Source: Myxococcales bacterium
GTDB taxonomy: Bacteria > Myxococcota_A > Polyangia > Palsa-1104 > SHYY01
Direction: 5' to 3'
Length of the DNA: 60,051 nucleotides
NCBI GenBank assembly: GCA_023248875.1
Contig: JAHFDT010000002.1
Span: forward strand, 1-60,051
The notes beneath the pieces are model-generated. The model had not been told where the DNA came from. It was given only the letters and a program-made list of their open reading frames with translations, and did no database searches. Position numbers and translations under genes: made by a program. Shown here piece after piece: positions 30,379-39,864 of this stretch; position 1 is the stretch's first letter, and each line of letters starts with the position of its first letter.

Positions 30379-32142
30379 TCAGCGCACCCAAGTGCTGCAG
30401 GTCGGAGCATCGCTATTCTTGACCACCGCTCCCAGACCGGTCGCGCGGTTGATGTAGTCGCATGCGCAGGTGGGGGTGTAGCCATCGCCGATCCAGACCG
30501 CTCCAAATGAGCCTCCACCGGTGGTGATCCAGGAGCTCATGCCCCAGTTCTTGTTGCCATTCAGGATCCCGGGCGCCCATCCCCCGTGGACCCCGACGGC
30601 GGTAGTCTGCGTAGGATACTCCCGGGCGGTGACACTATTGGCGAACAGGGTAATCCAACCCGCATTCGGATCGCTGTTGCCGGTGGTCACCACGCTGCTC
30701 TTGCATAACAGCTGGGGCTTAGGCGACCAGCTGTACCCGGGCAGATAGGAACCACGAGTGAGCGTGATATCGGGATTAGCGCCCGCTTCACGCTTGGAGA
30801 AACTCGTGATACTGCTGGCGTCGTTATCGACCAGGGTCCAGCCGCCGCCATCGGTACTCATATCGCAATAAACATCGAAAGGTGCGGTCGGCCCTGCATC
30901 GTCGGGATCGATCGTATATCGACCATCGCCCGTCGCCCCCAGGTAGGCGTGCGCAACGTCGGGCATGCGATACTGGTGGCACCCGCTTGCATACTTGCCA
31001 TCGGCCCAGTTTCGACCCGCGCCGTTCGGGACGATCAAGGTCACACAGTGATGATCGACGCACAGCGAAGAGGTGCAGTCGGCGCTTCCGGACGCGCAAA
31101 GTGCACCGTTGGCGCAGGGGCCGCAGATGCCACCGCCGCAGTCGAGGTCCGTCTCATTGCCATTCTTGACCCCATCGTTGCAAGCAGGTACCGCACAGAG
31201 TGAGTTGCTGCACACGCCGCTGGTGCAATCGCCCGGGGCAGCGCAAGTTTTGCCAGAAGCACACTTAGTGCAAGCGCTACCGCCGCAGTCGATTGCCGTC
31301 TCGTCGCCATCCTTTACGCCGTCGCCACAGGTCGAGGCCACGCATACCCCGATGCAGAAGCCGCTCTTGCAGTCGCTCGCCTGTTGGCAGGAGTGGATGA
31401 GCTCGCACTTGCCACAACCGCCGCCGCAGTCGATATCGGTCTCGTTCCCGTTCTTCACGCCGTCGTTGCAGGCGGGAGCGACGCAGGAATAGTTGCTGCA
31501 CACTCCGCTTAGGCAGTCGCCCGGCGCCTGGCATTTCTTGCCGGGCACGCACTTCCCGCACATCGCCCCGCCGCAATCGATATCGGTCTCAGCGCCATCC
31601 GCGACTCCATCGCTGCAATTCGGCAGGGAACAGACGCCGACGCACAGGTTGCTCTTGCAGTCGTTCGCCGCTTTGCAGCGGCTCAGTAGCTCGCACTTCG
31701 GGCAGCTGCCCCCACAGTCGACATCCGTCTCCTCGCCATCCTTTCGGCCGTCGGTACAGCTTCCGGCGCAGCGGCGATCCACGCCGCAGGCCCCGCTGCT
31801 ACAGTCCTGAGGCACGCTACAGGCTTTACCCTCACTACAGGGCGAGCAGGTGCCCCCACAGTCGACATCCGTCTCCTCCTGGTTCTTGACCTTGTCGTTG
31901 CAGCTGAGGAGGCAGCTACCGGCCAAAGAGCCAGACAGCTCGGCATAGCGGCGCCCACTGCCGAAACAGGTAGAATCGAGGAAACTACATACTCCCGTCG
32001 ACTCGCATCTGCCCTGTAGACTTCCGACTCGGCTGCACTGACTGTCGCTGGCACACCAGTAGGGTTCTGGTGAAACCCCGCAACCGCCCAAAAGAGCGAC
32101 CCACAAGACGGTTCTCAAGAAGAATGTATCGCGCATGACCAT
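30379..32142 (-). CDS. Lipoprotein with six Cys-rich E-T-D-x-D-C-G-G repeats and a C-terminal fibrinogen-related domain
   Basis: Lipobox ALLGGC from ATG 32142; six copies of ET[DA]xDCGG..C..C; C-terminal [17 protein letters not shown] matches the fibrinogen C-domain core motif. Confidence 0.75.
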   Translation of the reverse strand: MVMRDTFFLRTVLWVALLGGCGVSPEPYWCASDSQCSRVGSLQGRCESTGVCSFLDSTCFGSGRRYAELSGSLAGSCLLSCNDKVKNQEETDVDCGGTCSPCSEGKACSVPQDCSSGACGVDRRCAGSCTDGRKDGEETDVDCGGSCPKCELLSRCKAANDCKSNLCVGVCSLPNCSDGVADGAETDIDCGGAMCGKCVPGKKCQAPGDCLSGVCSNYSCVAPACNDGVKNGNETDIDCGGGCGKCELIHSCQQASDCKSGFCIGVCVASTCGDGVKDGDETAIDCGGSACTKCASGKTCAAPGDCTSGVCSNSLCAVPACNDGVKNGNETDLDCGGGICGPCANGALCASGSADCTSSLCVDHHCVTLIVPNGAGRNWADGKYASGCHQYRMPDVAHAYLGATGDGRYTIDPDDAGPTAPFDVYCDMSTDGGGWTLVDNDASSITSFSKREAGANPDITLTRGSYLPGYSWSPKPQLLCKSSVVTTGNSDPNAGWITLFANSVTAREYPTQTTAVGVHGGWAPGILNGNKNWGMSSWITTGGGSFGAVWIGDGYTPTCACDYINRATGLGAVVKNSDAPTCSTWVR

Positions 32143-32257
32143 CCCCCGTAGGCCGTAACAGGCCCTTACAGGTACATGGCGCTCCACTGGAAATATCTTC
32201 TATCTCTCGAATCATTGAATGTTTTGAACGAGTCTCTCCACGTATCTTATCCTCGTC

Positions 32258-32797
32258 CTACGGCGAAGAGGGAAGTTCGGCAGGCTCACCCAGCACCTTC
32301 TCGCGCTGCAGCTGCGTCATGGCGCGCTCGAGCAACTTGAGGTGCGTCTCCTCCTCGGCAAGGCGCTTCGAGAACTCCCGCTTCGCATCTCGGTCACCCG
32401 CCTTCTTCGCCAGGTTCACCAGCAGGACCCAGCCTTCGTTGTCGACAAGCTCCGCCGCCAGCAGCGCATGGAGGAGGTGAGGGATCTCCGGATCTCCGTT
32501 GAGCACGATCCTTTCGATGCCGGCCGACTCCGCTTCGACCAGCCGGGATAGCTCCGTTTCGCCGTGGGCGTCACCGCCCAGACTGCGGATCTGCTGTTCC
32601 AGCCACTCTTCATGCTCCTTCTCCTGCTCCCGGTGTTCGAGCAGCTGATCCAGCATGGTCGCGAACCGCTGGTTTTCCGGCAGTCTGATCTTCGCCAAGA
32701 TAGCGTCATAGAGCCGCACACCGGAGCGTTCGAAGCAGAGTCGCTCGTTGAGGACGTTGATGAGCTCGGTAGGGTTGTTTTCCGCTAGTTTGCGCAC
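32258..32797 (-). CDS. Ferritin-like domain protein
   Basis: 179 aa; helical with paired E-x-x-H motifs (EHREQEKEHEEW; LAAELVDNEGW). Confidence 0.6.
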   Translation of the reverse strand: MRKLAENNPTELINVLNERLCFERSGVRLYDAILAKIRLPENQRFATMLDQLLEHREQEKEHEEWLEQQIRSLGGDAHGETELSRLVEAESAGIERIVLNGDPEIPHLLHALLAAELVDNEGWVLLVNLAKKAGDRDAKREFSKRLAEEETHLKLLERAMTQLQREKVLGEPAELPSSP

Positions 32798-32888
32798 GCG
32801 ATACCTCCTGGAGGGGGCTGCTGCAGGAACCGCGCGAGTTGCTCCAGCTAAAAAGCGGATGCAGGGCGGTCCCAGCGGCTACTGCGGA

Positions 32889-34097
32889 TTACTCGTAGCG
32901 CAGGGCCTCGACGGGATCCAAATTCGCCGCGCGGCGCGCCGGCATCACGCCCGAAAGCACCCCGACCGCGCCAGAGAAGCCGAGCGCAATGGCCACGATC
33001 CAGCCCGATAGCCGGATCGGCAGCGATGGCGCGGCATGTTCCACCGCCATCAGGATCAGCGCACCGAGCAGTAGCCCGATGAGGCCCCCTAACACGGCGA
33101 TCACCACCGATTCGACGAGGAATTGCATCAGGATGGTCCCACGCGTCGCTCCTACCGCGCGCCGCACGCCGATTTCGCGCGTCCGTTCACGCACCGATAC
33201 CAGCATGATGTTGGCAATGCCGATGCCGCCCACGACCAGAGCGATCGACGCGATGGCCAAGAGCACCATCGACATCGTCGCGGTGATCTTATTCACCGTT
33301 GCGAGAAGGTCGTCCTGCGACACTACGGTAAAGTCGATCTGTCCACCGTGGCGCCGCTGCAGGAGATCGGTGAGATCGGCGATCGCCGTGGTGGTCTCGG
33401 CCTTGCTGCGCGCGCGCACGAGGAAGTTGCTGAACCCCTCCAGGGCAAACAGATCGAGCGCGCTGGTCGAAGGGATGAGCACCAGATCATCGAGGTCGAA
33501 CCCGAGCGAGGTCCCCTTGTGCTCGAGCAGACCGATGATGCGAAACTCGGCGTCCGCGACCTTGATCGTCTTGCCGAGCGGGTTCTCTTTGCCGAACAGC
33601 TCCGCTTGAATCACCCGCCCCAGCACCACGTAGCGGCGATGGGCGATGACATCGTCTTCTGTGAAGAAGCGGCCGCCATTGACATGCATGTTGCGGATCT
33701 CTTCGAAACGATCGCCGACGCCAAAAATAAAGGTGTCGCGCCGCCGGCCACCGTTGCGCACGGTGCCCGATCCCTGCACCACCCCGGTGATGCCGTCGAT
33801 CGAGTAGACCCGCCGCGCCAGTGCCCCCTCGTCTTCACGCGTCAGCTTGTGCGCTACGCCCGCCATCGGCGGCGCGCCCATGCCCTGGGTCTCGCGGCGA
33901 CCCGGCACGATCTGGATCATGTTAGAGCCGAGCGACGCAAAGGTATCGCCGAGATACTGGCGAACGCCCTCGCCAAGAGAGACCAGCAGGATGATGGCCA
34001 GCACGCCGATCACGACGCCAAGGGTGGTCAAGAAGGCGCGCAGCTTGGAGGCGCGGATGGTATCGACCGCCGTGAGCAAGAGCTCGAGCAGATTCAT
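32889..34097 (-). CDS. ABC transporter permease (FtsX/MacB-type)
   Basis: 402 aa; N-terminal TM, large periplasmic domain and C-terminal FtsX-like 3-TM bundle (VGGIGIANIMLVSVRERTREIGVRRAVGA). Confidence 0.88.
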   Translation of the reverse strand: MNLLELLLTAVDTIRASKLRAFLTTLGVVIGVLAIILLVSLGEGVRQYLGDTFASLGSNMIQIVPGRRETQGMGAPPMAGVAHKLTREDEGALARRVYSIDGITGVVQGSGTVRNGGRRRDTFIFGVGDRFEEIRNMHVNGGRFFTEDDVIAHRRYVVLGRVIQAELFGKENPLGKTIKVADAEFRIIGLLEHKGTSLGFDLDDLVLIPSTSALDLFALEGFSNFLVRARSKAETTTAIADLTDLLQRRHGGQIDFTVVSQDDLLATVNKITATMSMVLLAIASIALVVGGIGIANIMLVSVRERTREIGVRRAVGATRGTILMQFLVESVVIAVLGGLIGLLLGALILMAVEHAAPSLPIRLSGWIVAIALGFSGAVGVLSGVMPARRAANLDPVEALRYE

Positions 34098-34789
34098 GGC
34101 GACGATCCTTCTCGCACATCGGCGACGATCTCGCCGTCGACAATCCGTACCTGCCGTTGGGCGCGCTTGGCCAGCTCAGGATCGTGCGTCACCAGCACGA
34201 TCGTCATCCCGTCGCGATTGAGCGACTCAAACAACCGAACGATTTCGGCTCCGGTGCGTTGGTCGAGATTCCCGGTCGGCTCATCGGCGAGCAGCAGCTT
34301 GGGCTGGTTGACGAGAGCGCGCGCAATTGCCACTCGTTGTCGCTGTCCTCCCGAGAGCTGGTCGGGGCGGTGGTCGAGGCGATCGCCGAGCTCCACGCGC
34401 TCAAGCGTTCGGCGCGCCGCCTCTCGTCGCTGCTTTCTGGAACCCCCTGCATAGACCAGTGGCAGTGCGACGTTCTCGAGCGCGGTGGCCCTCGGCAAGA
34501 GATTGAAGGTTTGAAAGACGAAGCCGATCTTCTGGTTGCGCACGCGAGAAAGTTCGTCATCGTCGAGCTGCGAGACCTCCTCGCCATCGAGGGAGTAGCT
34601 GCCCGAAGTGGGTGTATCGAGGCAACCGATCAGATTCATCAGGGTCGTCTTGCCCGAACCGGACGGTCCGACGATGGCAATGTACTCTCCTGCCTCGACC
34701 TCCAAGCTCACGCCGCGCAGGGCCTGGACACGCGTGGCTCCCAGGTGAAACTCGCGGGACAGGTCGACGATGTGGAGGACAGCAGCCAT
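34094..34789 (-). CDS. ABC transporter ATP-binding protein (MacB/LolD-type)
   Basis: Walker A GPSGSGKTT, signature LSGGQRQRVAIARAL, Walker B LLLADEPTG. Confidence 0.92.
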   Translation of the reverse strand: MAAVLHIVDLSREFHLGATRVQALRGVSLEVEAGEYIAIVGPSGSGKTTLMNLIGCLDTPTSGSYSLDGEEVSQLDDDELSRVRNQKIGFVFQTFNLLPRATALENVALPLVYAGGSRKQRREAARRTLERVELGDRLDHRPDQLSGGQRQRVAIARALVNQPKLLLADEPTGNLDQRTGAEIVRLFESLNRDGMTIVLVTHDPELAKRAQRQVRIVDGEIVADVREGSSP

Positions 34790-35961
34790 CAGTGCGTGGC
34801 GGTCAGAGTCACCCTCACTCCGTCGGCCAGATCCTTGACATTGAGCGTCGCCACCACCCGATCGCCCACCACTACGCCCGACACGATCTCCGTTCGCTCC
34901 CAGCTCGAGAGTCCGATCTGCACCGCGCGCAGCACTGCCTTGTCCTGTTCGATCAGGTAGACATTGCGCTGGGTGCCACGTCCGACGATCACATTGGTCG
35001 GCAAACTTGGAACATCCTTCTTCTCCGCTACTCTCACATCGACATTGGCCGACATCCCGGCACGCAATCCCGAATCGGTCGCCGCTTTCAGATCGTTGAC
35101 GCCCACTTCGATGCGCATGGTCCGAGCACCCTTCTCATCGCGCCGCACCCAAGGCCCTACCGAGGTGACCGTTCCAGCGACCGAACGACCGGGCAGCGCA
35201 TCGAGCCGCAGCGTCGACGGCTGCCCGATCCGGACGCGGCCGATATCGGCCTCATCGATGGTTGCCTCTACCCGCAATTTCGAATCGTCGATGATTTCGA
35301 ACACCGGCACGCCCGGCTGCAGCTCATCCCCGGGATCCGCGGAGAGCTCGACGATCAGGCCGTCGAAGGGCGCGGTGAGCAGGGCTTTGTTGCGCGCCAC
35401 ATTCGCCGATCGCAGCGCCGCCTCCGACTGGGCGATCAACCCCCGGGCGGCCCGCGCCTGTGCCTCCGCCTCCCGCCGTGCTGCTGCGGTATCGTCTGCC
35501 AACTGCTCGGTTCCCGCCCCTTTGGCTGCCAGGGTTCTGGCTCGCTCCGCCGATCGCGTGGTCGCCTCGGCCCGCGCCTGTGCCTGCTCGGCCTGAGCGC
35601 GCTGGGCTTCGAGCGCCGCCAATGCTTGCAAGTGCTTGGCATCGAGATCGGCGCTATCGATCGCCAGCACCAGGTCGCCGCGTCGCACCCGATCCCCCCG
35701 CCGGTGGCGCACCAGTACCACCCGACCAGGCAACTCCGTGCGCACCGTGGCATGGTGCTCCGCGACCACTTCACCGGCCGAAGCGGACGAAACTTCGTCG
35801 CGCACGGTGGTGCGCTCCACCCGTATCGCTTCCACGGGCAGCGGCTTTCGTCTCAGGAGCCGAGGTAAAAGAGCTGCGGCCACCGCAATGCTCCCGATCA
35901 GCATCAGGCGCAACAGCCACTTCTTGCGACGGCCCACTTCCGGCTTCGTCATGGCGCGCAT
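34789..35961 (-). CDS. Efflux periplasmic adaptor (HlyD/MacA family membrane fusion protein)
   Basis: N-terminal TM, coiled-coil hairpin (AQRAQAEQAQARAE...) and beta-barrel domains; start at 35961 or 35952 is more likely than 36015. Confidence 0.85.
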   Translation of the reverse strand: MRAMTKPEVGRRKKWLLRLMLIGSIAVAAALLPRLLRRKPLPVEAIRVERTTVRDEVSSASAGEVVAEHHATVRTELPGRVVLVRHRRGDRVRRGDLVLAIDSADLDAKHLQALAALEAQRAQAEQAQARAEATTRSAERARTLAAKGAGTEQLADDTAAARREAEAQARAARGLIAQSEAALRSANVARNKALLTAPFDGLIVELSADPGDELQPGVPVFEIIDDSKLRVEATIDEADIGRVRIGQPSTLRLDALPGRSVAGTVTSVGPWVRRDEKGARTMRIEVGVNDLKAATDSGLRAGMSANVDVRVAEKKDVPSLPTNVIVGRGTQRNVYLIEQDKAVLRAVQIGLSSWERTEIVSGVVVGDRVVATLNVKDLADGVRVTLTATH

Positions 35962-36008
35962 GATGCGCCGATACAATTTCGGCCGCAACTGGAGTAGATT
36001 TTGGCGCC

Positions 36009-37025
36009 GTGCCACTGTCCCTTGAGGTAGTCCCCCTTGCCCGTGAACGCGATCGGAGCGAATGGAATGCTCGGATTGCGGGAGCGACCGGCGAGTCCTT
36101 CGCGCTCTACCACACGACCCACTGGGCGGACCGGCTCGCCGATCTACTCGGTTTTCGCCCGCGCTATTTCCAACTTTGCGAAGATGGCCAGCCGCGGATC
36201 GCCCTCGTCGGCTTCACGGGTTGGCCCGAGGGCGGTTGGCGCCCCCAGCTCCGCTATGCGCTGCGCCTGCTTACGCGCGGGAGGCGAGGTTTTTGGTGGT
36301 ACGGCCAGCCCGTCGTCTGGGGCGATCCCGAACCGGCACTCGTGCAACACTTTGTCACTTCGCTCAAGAGCTATCTCGAAGATCACCGCCTGCATTTCCA
36401 GTCAGGCCAGTGGTCGGTGCGCAATGAAGAGCTGCTTCCATCCGACTGGGCGCGCCACCGCTGGGCGACCTTGAAGATCGACCTGGAGCCCAGCCTCGAT
36501 GAGCTCAAGCGCAACCTCAAGCCGGCCGCGCGCAAAGAGATCCGCAAGAGCGAGGAGCGGGGCGTCACCGTTGAGCGATTGACCGACCCGGCAGCCATCC
36601 AGGCCTACGGCCGCTTTGCCGTCGAGTGTGCCCGCGCACGCGACAATCAATCGGTCGAGGCCAGCCATTTTTTGTCGGCCTGGCAGTTTCTGCGCAGCAG
36701 CCCTTTTTTTTACGAAACCTTCGTTGCCCGCCACAACGGCGAACCGATCGCGGGTCTCTCGGTGTGGGGCGATCAGCGTACCGTCATGGAGATGGGCTCG
36801 TTTCAGTCGCAGCGCGGCTTCGATGAAAAGCTGGGCGGCCCCGATCTTATCAAGTGGCGGATCATCGAATGGGCCCAAGCGGCCTCGATCCGCTATTTCG
36901 ACCTGGCGGGCATCAGTCCAGCTCCCACCTCGCCCAAAGAGGAGAACATCCGCCGCTTCAAGGAAAAATGGGGCGGCACCTACAGCGAGTACCTCATCCT
37001 TTCCGGCGCTACCGCCCAGCGATGA
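36009..37025 (+). CDS. FemAB-family (aminoacyl-tRNA-dependent peptidyltransferase-like) GNAT-fold protein
   Basis: 338 aa; C-terminal IRYFDLAGISP...NIRRFKEKWGGT resembles FemX/FemAB family ends; GTG start uncertain. Confidence 0.6.
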   Translation: MPLSLEVVPLARERDRSEWNARIAGATGESFALYHTTHWADRLADLLGFRPRYFQLCEDGQPRIALVGFTGWPEGGWRPQLRYALRLLTRGRRGFWWYGQPVVWGDPEPALVQHFVTSLKSYLEDHRLHFQSGQWSVRNEELLPSDWARHRWATLKIDLEPSLDELKRNLKPAARKEIRKSEERGVTVERLTDPAAIQAYGRFAVECARARDNQSVEASHFLSAWQFLRSSPFFYETFVARHNGEPIAGLSVWGDQRTVMEMGSFQSQRGFDEKLGGPDLIKWRIIEWAQAASIRYFDLAGISPAPTSPKEENIRRFKEKWGGTYSEYLILSGATAQR

Positions 37026-38458
37026 GTTCACAGCAGTTTTTCAAAAACATCACCCTGTTGGGCGCGGTCGAGCTCCTGCTGCGGCTCAAGTCCTTGGTGC
37101 TGATGCCGCTCATGACCCGCTGGATCGGCACTGTGAACTACGGTGTCTGGAGCCAGACCGCCGTCCTCTCCGCCACGTTTGTGCCCCTGATCCTCCTCGG
37201 CAGCGAATCGGCCGTGATGCGCTTTCTTCCCGGCCTTCCTGCCGCGACCCAGGCGCGCCAGTTCCTCGGCTGGGTCTGCTCGGTGGTGGGATTCGCAGCA
37301 GCGGTGTGTGGGCTACTCCTGCTCGCGACCCATCCCCTCTCCACGTTCTTCTTTCGCGATGACAGTGCCCTTTTGCGGTTCATTCCCCTCGCTGTCATTT
37401 CGCTATTCGTCACGCTGCTGCTCAATCTCAGCCGCAGCTGGTATCGCATCCATCAGCGTGCGCTCGGCTACTCGCTCCTGAACATCGCCCAATCACTCGC
37501 CAACTTCGTAGCGATTCTCGCGGCCGTACTCAGGCGCTGCGACACCTACCAGATCGTCGCCGTTTCCATCGCCGCAGATGCGCTGGTGGCGGTCGTTTTT
37601 CTCAGCGCGATCCTGCGCCAGCTGGGCTGGTTGCGCCCCGACTTTACGATTCTCCGCCCCTTTCTTCGCTTCGGTCTTCCGCTCGTGCCGGCCGGCTATG
37701 CGATGTGGGGGATCAACTCCATGGACCGCCTCTTTCTGGCCCGCTACACCGATCTTTCGCAGATCGGCATCTACTCCTTTGCCTACACCATGGGCTACAC
37801 GCTGTTTCAGTCCTTCGCCACTCCGATCTGGTCGATGTTTCCCAGCGCGGCAGCGGCCGCCTATCAGAGCGATGATCGAGCCCGAGTTCAGCTGCTGTTC
37901 GAACGCTCGCTGCTTTTGCTCCTGGGACTCGCTCTTCCTGCGATCGCCGGTCTTTTCGCCCTCGGTCGGCCGATCTTTGCGGCCCTCTCGACGCCAGAGT
38001 TTGCATCGGGCGCGCCCTGGGCGGCGCTGGTGATGGCTGGCTACCTCTGCCACATTTGGGCCTCCTACTACGAAGTGGCACTCAGCTGGGTCCATCGCCA
38101 ATACCTCGGCACCGTGGCCATCGGCGCGGCCTGCGGCATGAACCTTCTCTTGAATGTGTTGCTCATCCCCCGGTATGGCCCGCTCGGAGCCGCCGCCGCC
38201 ACGGCCGCCGCCTTTGCCGTCCAGCTGCTACTCGTTTGGCTGCTAGCGAGACACTACCAGCCGCTCGTCCTCCGCCGGGGCCCGATCTTCAAGGTTGCGC
38301 TGGCCGCAGCCGCGATGGGTATTGCAGTCTCTGCCCTGCGAGCCATCGGGCCCAGCACGCTATCCTGGACGATGGCATGGATCGTCGCCGGAGCATTGAT
38401 TTACGGCCTGCTCCTGGTGTGCTGGCGCGTCGTCGACCTGCGAGCGATCAAACGATGA
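37022..38458 (+). CDS. Polysaccharide/oligosaccharide flippase (Wzx-like, MOP superfamily)
   Basis: ATGA overlap at 37022; about 478 aa with roughly 12-14 TM helices; the ORF-track start 36854 overlaps the upstream gene. Confidence 0.75.
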   Translation: MSSQQFFKNITLLGAVELLLRLKSLVLMPLMTRWIGTVNYGVWSQTAVLSATFVPLILLGSESAVMRFLPGLPAATQARQFLGWVCSVVGFAAAVCGLLLLATHPLSTFFFRDDSALLRFIPLAVISLFVTLLLNLSRSWYRIHQRALGYSLLNIAQSLANFVAILAAVLRRCDTYQIVAVSIAADALVAVVFLSAILRQLGWLRPDFTILRPFLRFGLPLVPAGYAMWGINSMDRLFLARYTDLSQIGIYSFAYTMGYTLFQSFATPIWSMFPSAAAAAYQSDDRARVQLLFERSLLLLLGLALPAIAGLFALGRPIFAALSTPEFASGAPWAALVMAGYLCHIWASYYEVALSWVHRQYLGTVAIGAACGMNLLLNVLLIPRYGPLGAAAATAAAFAVQLLLVWLLARHYQPLVLRRGPIFKVALAAAAMGIAVSALRAIGPSTLSWTMAWIVAGALIYGLLLVCWRVVDLRAIKR

Positions 38459-39006
38459 GAAAGCCGGCCATTCCGTTTGTCCGCTTCTATCTCGATCGGG
38501 TGGCCCAGCCCGACTCGCATATTCTCGACATTGGCTGTGGTACCGCGCCCTACCGCGGTCTCCTCCGCGGCCACTATACCGGCCTCGATCTGACCGCCGA
38601 GCCCTATTGCGAAGGTTTTCCGCGCGATGTCGATCTCGTCGCCTCGGCCACAGCGATCCCTCTGCCCGCTGCCAGCGTCGATCTGCTCTTCTCGGTCGCG
38701 GTCTTCTATCAGATCCCCGATTATGAAGCGGCTCTCCGGGAGTTTTTTCGGGTTCTCCGGCCGGGCGGGCGGATCCTGCTGTTCGATTACAATCGACGCA
38801 CCTTGCGCCGCCTCGGCAAGAGCGACGGAAGAACCTACCCCTGCTGGACGCAGTGGCAGCTCAAGGCGCTGCTCAAAAGACACGGCTTCAAAGATCTCGA
38901 GCTACTGCTGCCCAACACGCGCCCGATGTCTGCCCCGGAGAGGGCGCTGCGTCTCATCCACCAGGAGCTATTTCGCCAGTGGGCGATCGTTTCGGCCACT
39001 CGGTAG
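38455..39006 (+). CDS. Class I SAM-dependent methyltransferase
   Basis: ATGA overlap at 38455; ILDIGCGTAPY motif I and VLRPGGRILLFDY. Confidence 0.8.
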   Translation: MRKPAIPFVRFYLDRVAQPDSHILDIGCGTAPYRGLLRGHYTGLDLTAEPYCEGFPRDVDLVASATAIPLPAASVDLLFSVAVFYQIPDYEAALREFFRVLRPGGRILLFDYNRRTLRRLGKSDGRTYPCWTQWQLKALLKRHGFKDLELLLPNTRPMSAPERALRLIHQELFRQWAIVSATR

Positions 39007-39062
39007 GAAAAATATCATATTTCTGACCGTCATCATGTCGTGAACGTAAACGTTCGTGAACG

Positions 39063-39389
39063 TCATTCAGCGAACATCTCGCGAAGCGTCGCCAACACAT
39101 GCCCCAGTGTGCGGGGCGTGAGTTTCCCTAGGCGACGACGCACGCGTTCTCGATCGATCGTTCGCACCTGATCGGCGACGAGGTAGCCACTTTTTCCGGC
39201 GAACTTACAGGACACACGAAATGGATAGGGATGGCTGCCCGTCGTGAGCGGCACCACGACTAGCGTCCGAAGATGCAGGTTCAGCTCGTCCGGCGAAACG
39301 ACCGCACAGGGGCGGGTCTTGCGAATTTCTCCGCCGCGCGTGGGATCGAGGTCGATCAGGACGACGTCGCCGCGCGCTACCACCGCCAC
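39063..39389 (-). CDS. mazF: Type II toxin, MazF/PemK family endoribonuclease
   Basis: RGDVVLIDLDPTRGGEIRKTRPCAVVS...VVPLTT is typical of PemK/MazF; overlaps the antitoxin gene by 13 nt. Confidence 0.9.
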   Translation of the reverse strand: MAVVARGDVVLIDLDPTRGGEIRKTRPCAVVSPDELNLHLRTLVVVPLTTGSHPYPFRVSCKFAGKSGYLVADQVRTIDRERVRRRLGKLTPRTLGHVLATLREMFAE

Positions 39390-39622
39390 TCTTTGTCGAA
39401 GCGCGTCCCGGTGCCAAGTCCAAGCGGCTCGTCCTCGCCAGCTGCATGCATTTGTTGCGCGGCGTCCGCCCAGCCACCGCGCACTTGTCGTGCCGGTGCG
39501 ATCACGATGGTGCCATCCTCAACGCGAAGGTCGATTTCATCGGGGAGCTGGGCCTCCTCGATGAGGGGCCGGGGCAGCCGCACACCGCGCGAATTTCCGA
39601 TATGGACCAGGTGGGTTTTCAT
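39377..39622 (-). CDS. mazE: Type II antitoxin, AbrB/MazE/SpoVT family
   Basis: MKTHLVHIGNSRGVRLPRPLIEEAQL swapped-hairpin motif. Confidence 0.88.
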   Translation of the reverse strand: MKTHLVHIGNSRGVRLPRPLIEEAQLPDEIDLRVEDGTIVIAPARQVRGGWADAAQQMHAAGEDEPLGLGTGTRFDKEWRW

Positions 39623-39658
39623 GTGATCACATTGTAATTACTTCACGGAACTTGTCAA
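39621..39658 (-). promoter_or_regulatory. Putative sigma70-type promoter (TTGACA-16 nt-TACAAT) and ATGTGATCACAT operator palindrome for mazEF; leaderless geometry
   Basis: -35 at 39653-39658 and -10 at 39631-39636 (minus strand); only 8 nt between the -10 and the mazE ATG; a 12-bp perfect palindrome (39621-39632) overlaps the start codon. Confidence 0.5.
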
Positions 39659-39732
39659 CGGAGTTACGGTCTGCCTTGTCCCCGACCGATCCCACGGGCA
39701 GACCATGGCCACCGCCTGGCCTTTCCGCGACA

Positions 39733-39864
39733 AAACAGGGTCGCATTGATGTGTGATCATTTGTCAGCCGAGGAAACCGCGAGGAGCCCGCAGAGCATAT
39801 GTTTTGTATGTGAGCAGGCACCGCAGCGGCTGACGAATGATCACACATCGATGCGACCCTGTTT
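39733..39864. repeat. 38-bp inverted repeat (2 mismatches) with a 56-nt spacer, abutting the TPM gene stop codon
   Basis: aaacagggtcgcattgatgtgtgatcatttgtcagccg (39733-39770) against the reverse complement of 39827-39864; both mismatches would be G-U pairs in a plus-strand RNA. Confidence 0.9.

Noticed and set aside
39038-39066. Repeated TCGTGAACGT motifs and a short gaacg/cgttc palindrome between the convergent methyltransferase and mazF genes, considered as a terminator
   Set aside because: The stem is only 5 bp with a 4-nt loop and has no U-tract. This is insufficient to call a terminator or regulatory site.
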